A stretch of DNA of 64,000 nt from Octopus vulgaris (taxonomy: Eukaryota): contig OX597829.1 in assembly GCA_951406725.2 (NCBI GenBank), positions 22,506,001 to 22,570,000 of the forward strand, in the 5' to 3' direction. This document shows, one piece after another, positions 41,179 through 54,419 of the stretch. Under the pieces are notes generated by a model, which did no database searches, was not told the DNA's origin, and saw only the letters and a list, made by a program, of their open reading frames with translations. Made by a program: the position numbers and the translations under genes. Position 1 is the first letter of the stretch. Each line of letters begins with the position of its first letter.

Positions 41179-42588
41179 TGGTTACTGCGCATGCATTAAT
41201 TCAGTTGCTGGTTTGTGTTTTTGTTTTTTGAGAGTCGGACAGGATTTTTGTGCTGCTTGGCAGCGGTTTAGAGAAAATGTATTCAGACTTTAGCGGATCT
41301 GAATTGTCTTCAGTGGAGGAGGACCTGGTGAAGGCGGTGAGAAGAATGGACGGAATATTGGAGAGAACAAGAAGTTTTTCTGAGGTGGCGGAGGAATAGA
41401 GAAAGGATGTAGACCTGGCTGGACTAAAGAAATATGGAAAAATAATGCAGAAGGTGGGTGGTGATGTGAAGTTGTCGCCGCCTAAAAGAATCATGGAGCA
41501 AATGGAGAGGAAAACTATCACCTATAGGGTGCATCCGCTGAAGAACAAAAAGGCTGAACAGGTGGAAGCGGAAATAATAGAAAAAGCGCTAAGGAAGCAG
41601 TTGAACCAAATAATGTATATAACCAAAGGATGTAAATAAGGGACAGTGGTCGTCCAGTTTAGGACTATGGAAGAGGCGATGAGGCTGGCGATTGTGGCTG
41701 CGGGGACGGAAGAGGTGGTGCTTCTGCCCACATATCTTGGAAGAAAGACTTCCAAGTTAAGGGTGGAAGCAAACCCACCTGATATAGAAGTGGCTTGTGT
41801 CGAGGCAGCCGTCCTCGTTGGAAGTGAGAAGGAGGATGGAGAGGGAAATCACTGGATCTCATCCTGCAGGCAGAGAAGCAGCTAGAGAGTCTGGCAGAGA
41901 CAGTGATGTTGGGAGAAATTGTGTTATGGGTGTAGGTGGAGGGCAGAGTCCCACGTTGTTTTAAATGTGGCCAAAAGGGCTACATTAGAGTACACTGCCC
42001 TCTATAGACGAAAACAATAGATGAAACAACAGACAAACCAGTTGTGGAAACAGAGGAGAAAAGAGAGGAAGAATGGATAATAACAGAGTAGAAGGAAGAA
42101 AAGAACACTGAATGTGATGTGGTACCCCAGTCCAACTCCATCCCACTCAAGACCACTCAGATGCACCTGCCCTATACAAACACCAAACTCACCCACCCCT
42201 TTCCCACAGGAAAAAAAGAAAAAGAAAAAAGAGCAGATATCACAGAATTTAGAAGACCCCCCTCCCCCAGTGAAAAAGGCTACAAAAGAGTGTTGTCATT
42301 GAGCGATAGTGAGAGTGGAAATAGAAGGGCTAGACCAGAGACTAAAGAAGAATTAGGACTCAGAGGCGGTGAGTGGTGTTACTCAGTGTGGGGTGAGTAG
42401 CACACTCTTCATATTTTCATTTTCAGATATCATGCATGTTATCATAGCCTTAATTTATTTTCTCATGTTCATTTTCATATCACTCACAGTATCATATTTT
42501 ATTTTTACATATTTTTAATTGTTATATGTCCCCACATGTTTTGTAGTGTCCCCTCTATGTTGTGCCTTTATGGCAAAATATTGAAATA
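41179..42588 (+). mobile_element. ORF1-only non-LTR retroelement (Tx1/L1-like, HAL1-type), decayed, inserted into a SINE A head
   Basis: One frame from ATG 41277 with stops at 41397 and 41637 (..GTVVVQFRTMEEA..YLGRKTSKLRV..PPDI). Zinc knuckle VEGRVPRCFKCGQKGYIRVHCP at 41936-42001. No ORF2. TSD aagaagcttgcttc (41165-41178) / aagaagctttcttc (42589-42602). SINE A resumes to ~42925. Confidence 0.8.
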
Positions 42589-43441
42589 AAGAAGCTTTCT
42601 TCATAATTACATGGTTCTAGGTTCAGTCCCACTGTGCGACAACTTGGGCAGGTGTCTTTTCCTATAGCCTCAAGGCAACCAAAGCTTTGTGAGTGAAAAC
42701 TGAAAGAAGACCATCATATTTGTGCTTGTGTGGGTGTGTCTCCCATCACAGCTCAATAACTGGTTTTGGTGTGTTTATGTTATCGTAACATAGAGGTTCA
42801 GCAAAAGAGACCGGTAGAATAAATATCAGGCTTCAAAAATAATATGTACTGGGATGATTACTTTAACTAAAATTCCTCAAAGCGGAGCTCCAGTATGGCC
42901 ACAGTCTAATGACTAAAATATTTAAGTAAAACAAACATCTCAGAGTGTGTGTGTGTGTTTTAGACAAACAATAGAGAGGTGATTCAATACATAAGTGTGT
43001 ATATGTATTTATGTTTTTATACAGCTACAAATTGATACAAGGGCCAAGGGTTTCATACATCAGAATTTGAGTGCAATGCAGGAAACTCTCAGCTCTCTAA
43101 TCGCTTGAGCAACTTTGCAGCTGCATAATATACAGAGAACGAAATTGATATACAAAGAAGGGTCGATGAATTGTGAGCCACTCAGAATAATGAAGAAGTG
43201 GGAGCGAAAACAAAAAAGGATAACTGAAAGAAGTAAAAAAAAAAATACTAAAACACATAAAAAAGAATGAAACAATGTCTAAAGCATAAATACAAACATA
43301 CACTAAAACAGATAGCAGTAAGCCCCCGTCCCTTTTGACGGGTACCACACTAGAACACAAGTGCTGAAGATGGGAACCAGTGGAGGACTTTGGTTATATT
43401 CTAATCATGTAGACAATTACCATCGACTAGAGGCTAATGAT

Positions 43442-43838
43442 TCTTTTACTCTTTTACTTGTTTCAGTCATTTGACTTTGGCCATGCTGGAGCACCGCCTT
43501 TAGTCGAACAAATCAACCCCAGGACTGTAAGCCTAGTACTTATTCTATCGGTCTCATTTGCCAAACTGCTAAGTGACGGGGATGTAAACACACCACCATC
43601 AGTTGTCAAGCAATGTTGGGGGGACAAACACAGACACACAAACATATACATACACACACATATATACATATATACGATGGACTTCTTTCAGTTTCCGTCT
43701 ACCAAATTCACTCACAAGGCTTTGGTCAACCCAAGGCTATAGTAGAAGACATTTGCCCAAGGTGCCACGCAGTGGGAATGAACCTGGAACCATGTGGTTG
43801 GGAAGCAAGCTACATACCACACAGCTACTCCTGCACCT
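43442..43838 (-). mobile_element. SINE family A, full length
   Basis: Matches the A consensus. Confidence 0.88.
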
Positions 43839-44474
43839 ATAATAATGATGATAATGATGAAGATAACACGTACACAAAAAACACACACAAGTGTATTATC
43901 AAGTTTATACTTCTATTACCTGAAATACTTGTGATGTATCATTCAGCACTTGTGTGGCTGTTAACACACACACACACACACATTCAAATGCTGAAATACC
44001 TTGAATCGTTACTCTGAGCTTCATATTTGCTCATTATTCAAACAATTGAATATGAAAGGAAGTAGCATGACAATATAAAAGCAAAAATATTTTGTTAATG
44101 CATGCATCGAAATGCGATTAGTTATTAAGATTTGATTGGTTGCCAAAAGACCATTAGAAACTGCATTGCATTTATATATTCAATAGATACGCTGAATATG
44201 GTTCATCTTATTCGTAAGCAAAATCACATGATGCTGCTGTGTCTTCAATCTCATGTGTCCAAAATACAAAAGTTGATTATCGTAAATGCAGTTTTACTGT
44301 TAGTGTTAGGGACAAAATATTGAGTGGCATTTCTTCGGATTCCTTACGTTTTCATTCCTAAAGTTTCAGTTAACTACTTGAAAATCAATGTTATGGACAA
44401 ACTCCGGATCCCTAAAATTACTGGCCTAGTGCCAAAATCTGAAACATTATTATTATTATTATTATTATTTTTGT

Positions 44475-44670
44475 AAGGTGGTGAGCTGGCAGAATCGTTA
44501 GCATGCTGGACGAAATGCTTAGTGGTATTTCGCTCATCGCCATGTTCTGAGTTCAAGTTCTGCCGAGGTTGACTTTGCCTTTCATCCTTTTGGGGTCAAT
44601 GTAATCAACTAGTCTCCTCCTTAACAATTTCAGACCTTGTGCCTATAGTTGAAAGGATTATTATTATTAT
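44475..44670 (+). mobile_element. SINE family B, tail type 2
   Basis: AAGGTGGTGAGCTGGCAGAATCG..GAGTTCAAGTTC..CCTTTCATCCTTTTGGGGTC..CCTTGTGCCTATAGTTGAAAGG(ATT)n. Confidence 0.8.
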
Positions 44671-44704
44671 TATTTACATAATTTACAAAAATGTTAATAG
44701 GGTG

Positions 44705-44885
44705 GTACGTAAAAGCACCCACTACACTGTCGGAGTGGTTGGCATTAGGAAGGGCATCAGGCTGTAGAAACTCTGCCAGATCAGATTGGAGCCTGGTGCA
44801 GCCATCTGGTTCGCCAGCCCTCAGTCAAAATCGTCCAACCCATGCCAGCATGGAAAGCGAATGTTAGACGATGATGATGATGATA
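44705..44885 (+). mobile_element. Family D SINE-like element
   Basis: Matches the D consensus, (GAT)n tail. Confidence 0.8.
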
Positions 44886-45140
44886 AGGATGATGAAAAGA
44901 GACGATATTCATTATACTGATAAACTGACACAATTTAACGGTAATCCTGTCCCATTGTCTGGAATGGTCCATGGGGTTGGCAGTAAAAACAGCAGGGAAG
45001 CTGATCAAGTATCATGTCAGTCACTTGGGTAATCTAATAAGGAGGCATGAAAGTGGTAGAGAAATGGGGAGATGAGATGTACACAGAGAAGCTCAACTGA
45101 GCTCAGGTGTTAGATGATATGGTTTATATTAATGTTATAG

Positions 45141-45650
45141 ACACAGGAGTGGCTGTGTGGTAAGTAGCTTGCTTACCAACCACACGGTCTTAGGTTCAGT
45201 CCCACTGCGTGGCACTTTGGGCAAGTGTCTTCTACTATAGCCTTGAGCCGACCAAAGCCTTGTGGCTGTGTGGTAAGTAGCTTGCTTACAAACCACATGG
45301 TCTCGGGTTCAGTCCCATTGCGTGGCACTTTAGGCAAGTGTCTTCTACTATAGCCTTGAGCCAACCAAAGCCTTGTTAGTGGATTTGGTAGACGGAAACT
45401 TAAAGACGCCCGTCATATATGTATATATATATGTGTGTGTTTATGTGCTTGTGTTTGTAGCCCCCAAACATTGCTTGACAACCAATGCCGGTGTGTTTAC
45501 ATCCCCATAACTTAGCGGTTCGGCAAAAGGGACCGATAGAATGAGTACTAGGCTTACAAAGAATAAGCTCTGGGGGTCAATTTGCTCAATTATAAGAGGC
45601 GGTGCTCCAGCATGGCCGCAGTCAAATGACTGAAACAATTAAAAGAGAGA
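45141..45650 (+). mobile_element. SINE A with duplicated head
   Basis: Head at 45149-45261 is repeated at 45262-45375. Confidence 0.85.
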
Positions 45651-45919
45651 GAGAGAGAGTTAGATGGGGAAGGTGCATGCCTCAGTGGTTAGGGTGTTCG
45701 AATCACAATCGTAAAATTGCCAAGTTCAATTTCCAGCAGTGTGTTGTGTCCTAGAGCAAAGACACTTTATTTCAACTTACTGCAGTCCACTTGTGTACAA
45801 GAAAAATGAGTTCTACCTGTAATGCAAAAGGCCCAAGCCTTGTCACATTTCGTATCACACTGAATCTCTCTGAGAACTACATTGGAGGATAAGCATGCTT
45901 GTTGAAGTGCTCAGCCACT

Positions 45920-46222
45920 TACTCTTTTACTTGTTTCAGTCATTTGACTGCGGCCATGCTGGAGCACCGCCTTTAGTCGAGCAAATCGACCCCGGGACTT
46001 ATTCTTTTGTAAGCCCAGTACTTATTCTATCGGTCTCTTTTACTTGTTTCAGTCATTTGACTGAGGCTATGCTGGAGCACCGCCTTTAGTTGAGCAAATC
46101 GACCCCGGGACTTATTCTTTTGTAAGCCCAGTACTTATTCTATCGGTCTCTTTTGCCGAACTGCTAAGTGACGGGGACGTAAACACACCAGCATCGGTTG
46201 TCAAGCAATGCTAGGGGGACAA

Positions 46223-46286
<64 letters not shown>

Positions 46287-46447
46287 GACAGGCTTCTTTC
46301 AGTTTCCGTCTACCAAATCCACTCACAAGGCATTGGTTGGCCTGGGACTATAGCAGAAGACACTTGCCCAAGATGCCACGCAGTGGGACTGAACCCAGAA
46401 CCATGTGGTTGGTTAGCAAGCTTCTTACCACACAGCCACTCCTGCAC
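45920..46447 (-). mobile_element. SINE A with duplicated tail, nested in a C-head variant (45670-46520)
   Basis: CTTTTACTTGTTTCAGTCATTTGAC..CTATCGGTCT block occurs twice (45924, 46037). Confidence 0.85.
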
Positions 46448-46679
46448 CTTGCACATTAATTTCACGAGCAGGTTGTGCAATTGACTGAATCAACTAGCCC
46501 AATCGTTTTTTGTAACAGATAGAGAGTTAGGTCAATGTTAGCTGGACTTAAATCGTTTTGTGTGTGTGTGTAAAATTAAATAGTAACCGATATAAATGTT
46601 GTTGGTTACTTGGCTGGTTGATATCTCCAGTCATTATTTAGTATAGAGAGATAGAGATAGAGAGAGAGACAGAGATATT

Positions 46680-47025
46680 ATTGTGAGTTAACATAGGAGG
46701 TACTAAGGACGAGTGTCATTTAACCTTCAGAAAAAAATACAAATTTCTTAACGAAAAAATTGCAGAGAAAAGTTTATAATAAACTAATAAAAATTTTGAA
46801 AAATATTAACTTATAGTTGTTGGAAATATACAAATGAGAAATTTGCATATATTCAGTTTTATTTTCGTTTAAAAATTAGTTTTCATTTCATTATTTTGTA
46901 TAAAACACCAAGGAATTTTATAAAAGATTATAATTAATGCATGTATGTCATATTTCCTAATAACACCCATGAAGGCGAAAGTATACTTTCAAAGTAAACC
47001 CGTCATACGACGGGTAATGGGCTAG
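46680..47025 (+). mobile_element. Helitron 3' end (5' boundary uncertain)
   Basis: Hairpin ACCCGTC-ATAC-GACGGGT (46998-47015) followed 6 bp later by CTAG|T. Confidence 0.6.
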
Positions 47026-47041
47026 TATGTATGTATGTATG

Positions 47042-47096
<55 letters not shown>

Positions 47097-47190
47097 TAGT
47101 GCAATAATTATTATTTACGACAAGACCAACAAAGATATAAGGATTCAAAACATTTGTTTTAACAAAACAAATTAAAAACAATGCAAACCA

Positions 47191-47229
<39 letters not shown>

Positions 47230-47451
47230 CAAGAGTGCATGCACACACGTACAAATACAGAACACTTGTGTCTTAACAAAACTTGACAACAACAACAACA
47301 ACAAAAGAAACAATCGTGCTGACATGCAGCCAACAGTTGCCGCCGCCGCAGCTGACCTGCCACGCCGCCGCCGCGCAACCAGCTGGTTCCCAAACCACAT
47401 GAAGCTAGCTATTCAACTGCTTAATAATAATGATAATAATAATAATAATGA

Positions 47452-47715
47452 TTTCATTTATTTGCCACAAGGGTGAAGGACGAGGGGACAATACAAAGAC
47501 AGACATAAGGTGTGGGGGGGTTTACATATAATGAAATGATTAAAAAAGGGAAAGAAAGAAATTAAGTATACACTGAAAAAGAAGGAACATATGCTTAGCA
47601 TACAAAGCTTTATAAAAAGAAGTAGCGAGGAAGATGGTAGCGATGTGGCCCTCCTGATACAGTAAGGCCTCGAGGGATAATCAAGGAACCCTACTGTCTG
47701 AGGTTTCCCTGAAAT
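47452..47715 (-). mobile_element. 3' UTR fragment of a LINE related to the 41179 element
   Basis: Minus-strand end TTGTATTGTCCCCTCGTCCTTCACCCTTGTGGCAAATAAATGAAATC(ATT)n resembles 42541-42588. Confidence 0.55.
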
Positions 47716-47719
47716 GCCT

Positions 47720-47940
47720 ATTTCTTTATTACCCACAAGGGGCTGAACATAGAGGGGACAAACATGGACAGACATAGGTATTAAGTCGATTATATCGACC
47801 CCAGTGCGTAACTGGTACTTAATTTATCGACCCCGAAAGGATGAAAGGCAAAGTCGACCTCGGCGGAATATGAACTCACAACGTAACGGCAGACAAAATA
47901 CCGTTAAGCATTTCGCCTAGCGTGCTAACGTTTCTGCCAA
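47720..47940 (-). mobile_element. SINE family B, tail type 3 (well preserved)
   Basis: CCGAGGTCGACTTTGCCTTTCATCCTTTCGGGGTCGATAAATTAAGTACCAG core. Tail TGTCCCCTCTATGTTCAGCCCCTTGTGGGTAATAAAGAAA. Confidence 0.85.
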
Positions 47941-48349
47941 CTTATACCAAGAGCAAGTGCCCTCTCCAATTCCTTCTCTCCGACTCACAGGTCTACACTT
48001 AGAGAGGTACCATCCACTCTCGCAATTTTCGCATCTTTCACTCACCTTTCAATAAACTCACTCGAGGACAGCACTTCTTCCCTCTCCACTCTCGATTCCC
48101 TTTTCAAGTGAAACTTGAAGTCAATGAGAGTTCTACCAAAAGAGGAGTGTGTCTGTCCTCATGCCTTTCAGCCTTAATCGTTTCTTTATGGGCAATAAGA
48201 ACACCGAAAAGGAATAATACAAAGAAACAGAATTGGGTGTGGCGATAATATACTATACGCACAAACCACACACATATACAGATATACAAACATACAGTAT
48301 ATGTATATACATGCATATGTGTGTACATGTATACATGTGTATGAGTTTA

Positions 48350-48690
48350 TCTTTCACCCTTTACATGTTTTAATCACTAAACTGCAGCCATGCTGGGGCA
48401 CTGTCTTGTAGGGTTTCAGTCGAGCAAATCGATCTCAGAACTTTACATTTGTTTAAAGCCAAGTACACATTCTTTTGTCGAACCGCCGCTAATTTCCGAG
48501 GAGGTAAACAAAGCAACACCGGCCGTCGTTAAGCCATGGTGGGGGGAACAAGCATATACACATACAAAGGTGTTCTCTCAGTTTCCTTCAACAATATATA
48601 ATAGATGACACCTGCTCAAGGCGTCGCGCGGTATAATTGAACCTAGAACCACATGGTTGGAAAGCAAACTTCATCATACAGCCATGCCGG
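48350..48690 (-). mobile_element. Degraded SINE A
   Basis: GCAGCCATGCTGGGGCAC tail and GAACCACATGGTTGG head remnants. Confidence 0.6.
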
Positions 48691-49302
48691 TACTATTTAA
48701 ATACAGGTGTTACGTACGAAGCATTTTAAATGTACCCTGTATAGACGTGTAATGACACCGTAACCCTAATTAACCCTCCCCTTCATATCGTTACGTAGAT
48801 GCATCGGGACGTCTGTTTTTTTAAGCAGTGCCGCCATGCCATTGTTCATATCACAGAGCCTTTATTTACATGCGCATAAATACATACAGTAAATGTATAC
48901 ACATTTCTATGAACATACATCTTTATATATGTGCATTCAGAAATCTAAACACACACACAAAATACATGTCCTATGCACATGCACATATATACACACGCAT
49001 AACGCGTTTACCTGTACAAATACACATACACGTGTACATTTAACACGCATATGTATACGTGTAGATATACGCATACATATGTACAAGTATATTTATATTT
49101 TATCTAGTTTCAGCTCACGAGCTGTGGCCATGCTGGGGCACCATATATATATACATATATATAACATGTTTATGTGCCTATATATATATATATATATATA
49201 TACATACATACATAAGTACATTTCCAATACATGTAAACGGATATGTATCTATCCATTTACACATAGATATATACATATAAACATAATATAGACCGCCTCC
49301 CC

Positions 49303-49335
<33 letters not shown>

Positions 49336-49599
49336 AGTATACCTAGATACGTGAGTGTTGGCGCCAGGATGAGCAATCCAGCCGTAGAAAATCTACCTCA
49401 ATGAATTTCGTCTGACCATACAAGATGGAAAATATGCCAAAACGATTGTGTGTATGTGCGTACATACATACATATTACCATGTACACACATACGCCTTGT
49501 TTTGTACACAGACTATGTGTGTTTGGCTTTTACCTTGAAAAGACTATAACCGAATTCCTAATGTTGTCCTTGCGGGCTCTCTTCCTCGCCCCTCTATAT

Positions 49600-50520
49600 T
49601 CTGTAACTGAACCTAAAAAATGAAACCAGAGAATCTCTTTTATCAATATAGCATCTCTTGAAATAACAATTTTGTGGGGGGGAAAACCCTCCTTTGATGT
49701 GTGAGGATGCTTTACACCATCAGCTTCCATTTTTTGTACAACAAAAAGAATTTTGTCGTGTATTCTATCATAGAATAAATGGGAACCCTTCAATCTTTAT
49801 CGTCATGACAACCACACCAACTGTTTCTATTATAAGCTACCCAGGTGAGAGCCGAAACTTTCAAACCGATTTTCATAAAGTAAAATAATAAAAACTATCT
49901 TCACACAGTGCACAAAGTTCGATAGTGAAATCTATCCTACATGTGATTCCAAACGCCTGATCGATGTTCGCACAACTAGTAGTCAGGGTTCTCTGGAATG
50001 TGTCCGTGCAGTGCGATATGTCGGTCATTGCTTCGTCTCTGCAAGGTTCTGCCACAATATCTCGGCTTGGAAGTGTAATCTGCCAAACCATAGAATTTAC
50101 GGAAGTTACTCATTATTGTGTCATAAGAAAGTGTTTCGATGGAAGTGGGTGGGTGATTGTAGAAAGGGTTTACATTATGCCTGCCTTTTAGCAACATTAA
50201 GGCGACGGACGTCGCAAAATTGCAAGGGTAGACGACTCCACAATTTTATAGGTTAAACCTGCAAAAAGATGCATTTGCTTCCGTAAAAAGTTATTCGGGT
50301 TCAATTTCGTGTGTCTGCATCAAGGCCATCATAGCAACATTATAACCTCCCCGCGAACAAATCAAATTCCTTGGACTTTACAGCAATACATAAATCGGAA
50401 TTGGGCCCTTACTCTCTTGAGCAATTACCCAATCTCTACATACTTTAAGACGGCATTGATCTGCACATCAACACTGAGGCCATCACGAGACCAGTTTTCG
50501 TTGGTGGTGCTAGCTGCGAA
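49600..50520 (+). mobile_element. Ancient I/Nimb-like LINE reverse transcriptase fossil
   Basis: Collinear remnants FQTDFHKVK (QxGFRK), RLGSVIC (RVGSTLS), CKGRRLH (after the YADD position), GFNF/VCLH, EQIKFLGL. Heavily frameshifted. Confidence 0.45.
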
Positions 50521-50569
50521 TGATTTTTTTTTTTTTATCTGACCGTACCAGCACTACTAATTCTAATAA

Positions 50570-50790
50570 TAATTCTTTCAAATGCTGGCAAAAGGCCAGC
50601 AGTTTTAAGAGGATGGTGTTAGTCGGTTAGACGAAGCTCAATACTTAACTGGCACTTTATTTTATCGATTGAAAGAATGATAGAAGGCAAAGTCGACCTC
50701 AGCGGAATTTGAACTCAGAACGTACAAGGCAGAAAAAAAAAAAATCACAGGGAATTTTGTTCGACACTTTAACGACTATACGAACCAACC
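50570..50790 (-). mobile_element. SINE family B, degraded (further copies at ~52550-52690 and 53260-53480)
   Basis: AAGGCAAAGTCGACCTCAGCGGAATTTGAACTCAGAACG core. Confidence 0.65.
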
Positions 50791-53700
50791 ATACTTACAA
50801 CAACATTCCAATCCTTTAATCACCATCTTTGGTCTTGTTTTTTTTATTGTATTTTTCTCCTTCAGTCATAATCTAACCCAAGGCGCAAACTATGACGAAA
50901 GGCTTGCCAGCCACGATCATGTAGAGGGAATCAAGACTAAATCATCCGTTCGTGTCCCCCCTCAAAGACAATAGATGCTTAAGTTGATGGAGATTTAGGT
51001 ATTATTTTTAGCAGGTCGAATGACCACCTATAGGCTTGTTTTGCTGGTTTGCATATTACCTAATTAACGTACACGGTTTATTGTTATCTTCACATATACA
51101 CCGAGTCTGTATACACACACACTTCATGTTGCTGTGTGTATATATATATATACACACACATAGTTTACAATTATTGTGAGCAGTGTCGCTGGAAGGCAAC
51201 TCCGCTTTCTTGCGTGCATACTCACACACATACACTTTCGTGATGCACACACACACACACATCCACATGTTATGCATACACACACACGCGTTCTTTTCTT
51301 TCTCAGACACTTTTTTATCTTGCATCACATACACGTTGTCTGCTGCACTTATATGCACAACCATGCAAAACACCTTCACCTTGCTATACGTACGCGCGCA
51401 CACACACACACACACACGAGCGTGCGTGCGTGCGTGTATTTCGCACACACATCTTCCCCCCTTACTGTACACACGTTCACTTCGCTGCTATAGGCCGTCT
51501 CTCTCTCTCTCTCTCTCCTCACACTTTCCCCCTCCCCACAACCAGCACGCGCGCGGACACGCTCTCTAATGTTAACACACACCTCTTTCTCCCCCTTCCG
51601 CTACACACACAGTCATATACACTGTCGTACATACACCACGCACACATACACACACACCACACGCCTATTTCTCCTCCTCCCCCTCCCGCTATACATAATG
51701 ATATAGTGTCGTATATACACATGCACGCATGCACACACACACGCGTGCGCGCACACCTCTTTCTCCTCCCTCCTCCTCCCGCTACACAGCAATGCACAAC
51801 GCAATCATACACGCGCGCGCACACATAGATACACACACACACAAACATAAATACACGCACACATCCACACAAACATGTTAACACACAAGAAAACCCCAAC
51901 TGTTGAAAGTTATTTTATCAGTTTTTAAACTTGATAAAAACAATTGTTTACCACGTAGGCTTGTGAAAACATTTTTTTTTTCTTTATTAAACGACGAAGT
52001 GTACGTAAGTGGGAGACAATACAAGGTTGTGAAATTCATGCCTTTCCGAAGAACATCAGCAATATATATACATATATACATATATATATATATGGGTTCG
52101 TGTTTTATTGGCAACCTTCGACATTTTTTATTCAAAAGGTTTTTTTTTTAAACCCAATATTCACAAGCTATTTTATTATCTTATATAGCTTTACTGCTTC
52201 GAGTTTCAATCTTCCAAAAAAAAAAAAAAATGAATAAAAGAATTAATTAAATTAAATGATTACGAATGTAGTTTGAATAATTTGTAGCAACGGCTTAGAG
52301 AATGAAATTTGATGTGATGATGATTATGCTTATTTTTTTTTTTTTTTTGGTTTTCGACTTTGCAACTAGGAATTGAAACCTAGCAGCTCTTTGTCACGAA
52401 AGCAATGTTTGTTGTAAAAATCAAAATCAAATAAAAACAAAAAAATAAGTGAAATAATAACTTTAATACTGTAACAGGGTGCGATTTGAGTTTTCTGACT
52501 ACGATGATGATGATTGATCGTGATCATAATTATCGTTGTCGTCATTATTTAAGAACAATTTCTTTAGACTGGGCAAACGGCCAAAGCTTGTAAGACAAAA
52601 TATAACCAATCAACTCGACCCTAACATCTAACTGGTACTTCATTTTACTAACAAAAGGCAAAGAGAGAAATATGATACCCTGGCGGTATTTTTTTTTTTT
52701 TTCTTGCAGAGTAAAATGCTTTTTAAGAGAAGGGAGAGAAAATTTAATCGTTTATAGTATTTACCAAAGATAAATAAACAACATTTAAGTGAAATTTATT
52801 AAACCCTCGGAATCGAATCCGATGTGTATAGATTTCTACTTATCGATGGATGCTGTGACGTTCATGCCTTTCATGCTTTTTCTAATGACAATGTGTTGTA
52901 AATGGTATAAAAATAACCAAATCAAGAAAACGGTCGTTTTCAGGAGACTTACCACAATATTAATGATGATAAATTTCTTAAGCATAGAAGGCAAAAGGTT
53001 TATATAGATATAACGAGAATACACGATGTTAATGCCTTTCCCAGGGCTATTTAGCAACATAGAGCGAAATAACTTTAAATAGAGAAAAGAAGCACTTCTT
53101 TAATATTGTACAACAAAGCCGATCGCTTTTGTAACAGGGAGTGAAATGCGATCTAGTCAACCTCGACATATCACTGGTACTCATTGTGACTGTCATAGAA
53201 TGAGACAGACAGACAGAAGCAGAGATACAGAAAGAGAACGGAGCTGAAGAGATAGATTTATTTCCATTAATTGTTTAGGCAAACGGTTAATAATTTTGAG
53301 GGGAGGGAAATTAGTTGATACCATATACCTTAATATTTAGGGGTTGTTTTTTTTTATTATTTTATCCACCTTTCACAGGATAAAAGGACGGGGTTCATCA
53401 GCGGTATTTGAACTCAGGACGCAAAGAGCCGGAAGAAATTTCGCAATGCATTTTGTCCGACGCTCTAACGATTCTGCTAATCTAACTTAATAAATGATGA
53501 TTTCTAACTTTACATTGCTGGCGTAAAGGGATGGAATCGATACCAGTAATTCACTGGTATTTTATTTTTCAGTCCCAGAAGGGTATAATTTTTTTAAAAA
53601 AATAACTAACTTATGATTTATTTGTAAAAGAAGAGTAGATATATAAGGCTGATTGAATGGCCCTCCAATTATAACAACATAAATAATTTTCAGGCTTATG

Positions 53701-54109
53701 AGTAACTGTCGCCAAGGATAACGGTGAGCAACCGGCGAACCGAAACGGAGAAGCTGTTTCAATTCCCGGTTACGGTTATTTTCACCTAGCTTACTCATTA
53801 GTTTACACGTTTTCTTCTCAACTCATGTGTAAATTAAACAGATCTGTGTTACATACGAACACACACACACTACACAAACACATACACACACACGCACAGG
53901 CGTATTGAAGGGAACAAAGACACACGTATATATATATATATATATATCTGTATGAGTGTGTGTGTGTGTGTGTGTGAACATGATAAAAAGAGGAAGGGGG
54001 AGAGTAAAAAGAACGATGAAAGCCATGATAAGGATGATAAAACGAAAATACTAAGATAGCTAAACGATGCCAAGTAAGCATATAGATTTGGTTGTAAAAT
54101 AATACACAT

Positions 54110-54149
<40 letters not shown>

Positions 54150-54388
54150 GACACGTGTGTACAAGTGTGTGCGTGCGTTTTTTTTATGAGAGTATATGGC
54201 GGTATATGGGAATGAGTGTGAAATATATATATATATATATATACATACATATATACACGCACACACTTATATTTTTTGCGAGCGGGTGAGTGCGTAAATG
54301 TTTGTTGTGTATGTCTTTTATTATGATACATATGTTTGACTACAGCAATGTGTATGTATGTGTGTTTATATAGTTGTGTACGTATTGA

Positions 54389-54419
<31 letters not shown>

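Noticed and set aside
44781-45008. ORF containing SRQW, as in the JAG1 pre-DSL segment
   Set aside because: Four-residue coincidence. No DSL cysteines, and the frame runs into a D element.
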